A DNA stretch of 64,000 nucleotides from Toensbergia leucococca (Eukaryota): NCBI GenBank assembly GCA_022813965.1, contig JALDZS010000109.1:1-64000 (forward strand). Direction: 5' to 3'. The notes below the pieces were generated by a model. The model saw nothing but the letters and a program-made list of their open reading frames with translations. It was not told where the DNA came from and made no database searches. This document shows, piece after piece, positions 61,034 to 64,000 of this stretch (its first letter is position 1; each line of letters begins with the position of its first letter). Position numbers and translations under genes: made by a program.

Positions 61034-61355
61034 ACTCGTAGCGGTGTTGATGGGAGTAAGTAGAAGGTGACGCGTTTGCGCCGGAAAGTCCGTGATTAAT
61101 GTAATAAATTACCGGGCTAAACCCCGCTCTTCATAGAATACCTTAAGATACCTGTGGGCGGCGCGCGACAGGCTCGTAGGTTCAATTCGTGACCCACCAC
61201 AAAATCATAGAAAGGTATCCACGCAATCGAGGAATCCCATCATCCTTCTCAAGTCGGTGCTTTTAGTGTCCGAGAAGAAGATGATAATCCTTCACTGCCA
61301 CTCTGTTCAGGCTATTTTCTCAGGTTGGGATCTATTGTCGTGCTCGTGACCTTCA

Positions 61356-62273
61356 ATGTCTCGTGGTCGCGGTGAAGCTGGGCGTGGAGGAGCCCGCGGG
61401 GAGAGCTACAGAATTGCTGGCTTTGATCTGCCTTGGGATCCCGATCTTGCTATTGACGACCCAAAGCCAACACCTTTGTATCCTGTGAGTTGTTTCCCAC
61501 ATAGCTCATGAAACGTTGAATATCACCAGTCACTGGAACATGGCATTGAACTCTTGAACGAATATGAACCATGGAGCCTCGGACCTGGTCCATTGAGCTG
61601 AACCTCGTCCAGAAATACAAAGCCCCCCAGCCAGCACCGCTAAGCAAGGACGAAAAAACACATGTAGCCCGCTTCCGATCACTACGAACAAGCATTCACG
61701 AAGGACCTCTCTATACCGTGTTAGGCAGTAGCGCACGAGTCAGCAAGACTACGACATCATTAACTGCCCAATTCGATGCGTTCGAGGGAATGCCAACCTA
61801 CAGCCAAAAGTATGCGAAGAAACGTCGAAGAATACCGAAACTCGACACAAGACCTTATGGTAGGTAGCTTTTGTTCAACAAATGGGACATTGAGGCTCAT
61901 TGCTGCGATAGTTTTCAAATTCTTCCCTAAAGAGCTTTGGTCCACGCTTGACCCTACGCATGCTATGTCGAACGGCGTTGATGGAAGTATGAAAGGAAAA
62001 AAACTCCAGCTATCGGACTCCAAAAAAGCAGATGGCCAAGCATCTGGACGTTCTAAAGGTGCAGTAGATCAGCTTGCTAACGGGGACGAAGATGATGAAA
62101 TGGCCGAACATCCTGCAGATGAGGATGCACAATTGGATGAAGATGTCGATGATGAATATGATGAAGATGAAGACGAAGGTGGAGATTATGATGCTGAAGC
62201 TTATTTCGATGATGGTGGGGATGACGTTGGTGAGGACTACGATGCAGGTGAAGCCGATGGAGGGGAGTATTAA
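61356..62273 (+). CDS. RPC31: RNA polymerase III subunit Rpc31 (POLR3G family); introns ~61485..61612 and ~61860..61911
   Basis: RG-rich start MSRGRG, PTPLYP, HEGPLYT, PTYSQKY, FFPKELW, acidic tail with DYDAEAYFDDG. Confidence 0.92.
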
Positions 62274-62340
62274 TTGCTGTTGCCAAATCTGCATTCAGTC
62301 CTGCGATCAGATTCGCACCCGATCCCTCTGGCGCACGGGT

Positions 62341-63183
62341 TCAACTTAGATACATTTTCAGGATACGTTTGCTGAGAGTCTCCGCCCAGTGTCTCCTGAG
62401 ACCCTCGGCATCTTTGACGGCGCCTCCAGAAACCCTCGCTGTTTTCGAACCGCCCAGGTTCCTGCTCGACACAGTATCCAGCCGGTTTTCGGAATGAATG
62501 GCTGTAGAATTCTGATGACAGTCTTGGTGGCCAGCATCCTCAGCCGCACTTTTCTGGTGTTCATCTGCCTGGCCATATATCCTTACAGCCGCCACATTCC
62601 AGTCAATGTTTTCTTCTACGAATATCATCAACCTGCCTGCCTCTTCCCTCGTCAAAGCTTTGAAACTGCCGTTCTTCGACTGGTTCGCTCCGGCCGCCCC
62701 GTCCATCGCAGCCCGAGCGACCAATTTCAGGTCATCCCTGTCCAGCCTCTGTGCCTTCTTCCTAACCGATCCTTTCGTCGTCTTCCTAGGCCTCTTCCTC
62801 TTTGTATTAACCTTGTCTCTTATCCCACGTAAGCTTGATTCATCAATGAATGCATCACTTTCGCCGTCGCTTCTTTCGCCGTTGTTATCAGAGATCATAT
62901 CATCAATCACTATATCATTCGTTGCCAACACGCCGTCCATATTTGACAGTACATCTCTCTCGTCCGTGTCGTTAGGTATTATTAGTGGAGCGTAGGCTGC
63001 AGAGAAAGAGTTGAGAGCTTTGGTCGCTGCTTGACGCTGTGGAAGACGTCGCGTGAGACTCTGGGTTGAATGGGACTGTGAAAAGGATGCTACCTCACTC
63101 TCAGAAGGCTTAAGTGGGCAAGAAGAGTCAAGTCGTTGCATTGGATTTGGGGAGCCAGACGTCGCCTCAATAGTGATATTCAT
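62341..63183 (-). CDS. Hypothetical low-complexity protein with basic NLS-like stretch
   Basis: Long ORF (first ATG at 63183) with KRKRPRK..KK and C-terminal LRRHWAETL; no recognised domain. Confidence 0.6.
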   Translation of the reverse strand: MNITIEATSGSPNPMQRLDSSCPLKPSESEVASFSQSHSTQSLTRRLPQRQAATKALNSFSAAYAPLIIPNDTDERDVLSNMDGVLATNDIVIDDMISDNNGERSDGESDAFIDESSLRGIRDKVNTKRKRPRKTTKGSVRKKAQRLDRDDLKLVARAAMDGAAGANQSKNGSFKALTREEAGRLMIFVEENIDWNVAAVRIYGQADEHQKSAAEDAGHQDCHQNSTAIHSENRLDTVSSRNLGGSKTARVSGGAVKDAEGLRRHWAETLSKRILKMYLS

Positions 63184-64000
63184 AATTTGTGCGGCTGGTC
63201 GCCTCAAAATTTTTCGAGCTTCCTTCGAATTAGCGAATTGTTTTTGAGAAGCATTGAAGGATGTTGGAAAGCAAAATTATCCCCTTGAGGTTTTTGAAGC
63301 TGACCAAAGCCAATCAACACTTCTACTCCCAATCCATCTAACAAAGACTATACAAAGCGCGGTCAGGACCATCAATGCAGCCAGGCTCAACGCAGCCGAG
63401 CCAAATGCACAATTAACGTACCTAAGCCTATTGAAGCATTTTCCGTTTCAAGGGGTCTTGCATACAATACCTCCTTTAACATGGATCGTTTCTACCGATC
63501 TACACTCAACACAAACATCATTACTCCCTTTGGAGGCAATCGAAGAGGAGAGTAGCCGTCTTTGATTCACAGCAATACAAACGCCACTCTCGTCTTTGGA
63601 GCTGAAATGTCTCAATGCGCTGTCTTTCCTCAAAGTCATGCCATTTTCTCCAAGCCTCGGCATTCTTGAGGGCGTACCTTTGTCTAGACTGTTTGCCCCA
63701 GATGTCACTCATGGTAGACGTTTCTAATCGGTTTAACATAGGCAATCATACACATACTCAAAACTCTATTATATAAAACGGAATATCTTACTATTGCTCT
63801 TTTTACTAGAGCGTCGGAGTTACAGCCCTAGATCCTCAAGGAAACGCGTTGCAATAGAGCAAAACCCATGCATTCAAGGCCTCATGCATCATTTTCTTTA
63901 CCCCAGACTCTATAGCAAGTAGGTGGGATTCTATGGTAAACGTTCCTTTGAACAGAGAGTCCGTGATTTCTTCCGCGGATCTGCGGCAACAGCAACACTC

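Noticed and set aside
63450..64000. Possible 3' end of a minus-strand gene at the window edge
   Set aside because: Short ORFs without motifs or a coherent splice path.

Overview
Eukaryotic (filamentous ascomycete, Pezizomycotina-like) genomic DNA with short spliceosomal introns. Conserved genes: ERG1, mitoribosomal MRPS35/mS45, VMS1, PRP38, MTG1, mccB, ISY1, RSR1, an acyl-CoA thioesterase II, RPC31 and a probable Hsm3/PSMD5-like ARM protein. Accessory genes: GNAT, GT8-like protein, amidase, BTB protein, PTH11-like receptor, P450, MetX-like hydrolase, two small secreted proteins and two small Cys-rich paralogues. Mobile or decayed DNA: an intron-containing Tc1/mariner element cut by the left window edge, an ~880-bp element with ~105-bp terminal inverted repeats, and Est1/SMG6-like and F-box pseudogenes. 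The most notable items are (i) a two-guide box C/D snoRNA inside the MRPS35 intron, (ii) an orphan ~582-aa gene with GT9/GT-B glycosyltransferase-like motifs, which would be unusual in a fungus, (iii) two hairpin-rich intergenic ncRNA candidates, and (iv) recurring C-rich-to-G-rich skew switches. All assignments are from motif recognition by eye; no searches were run. Exon boundaries are manual.
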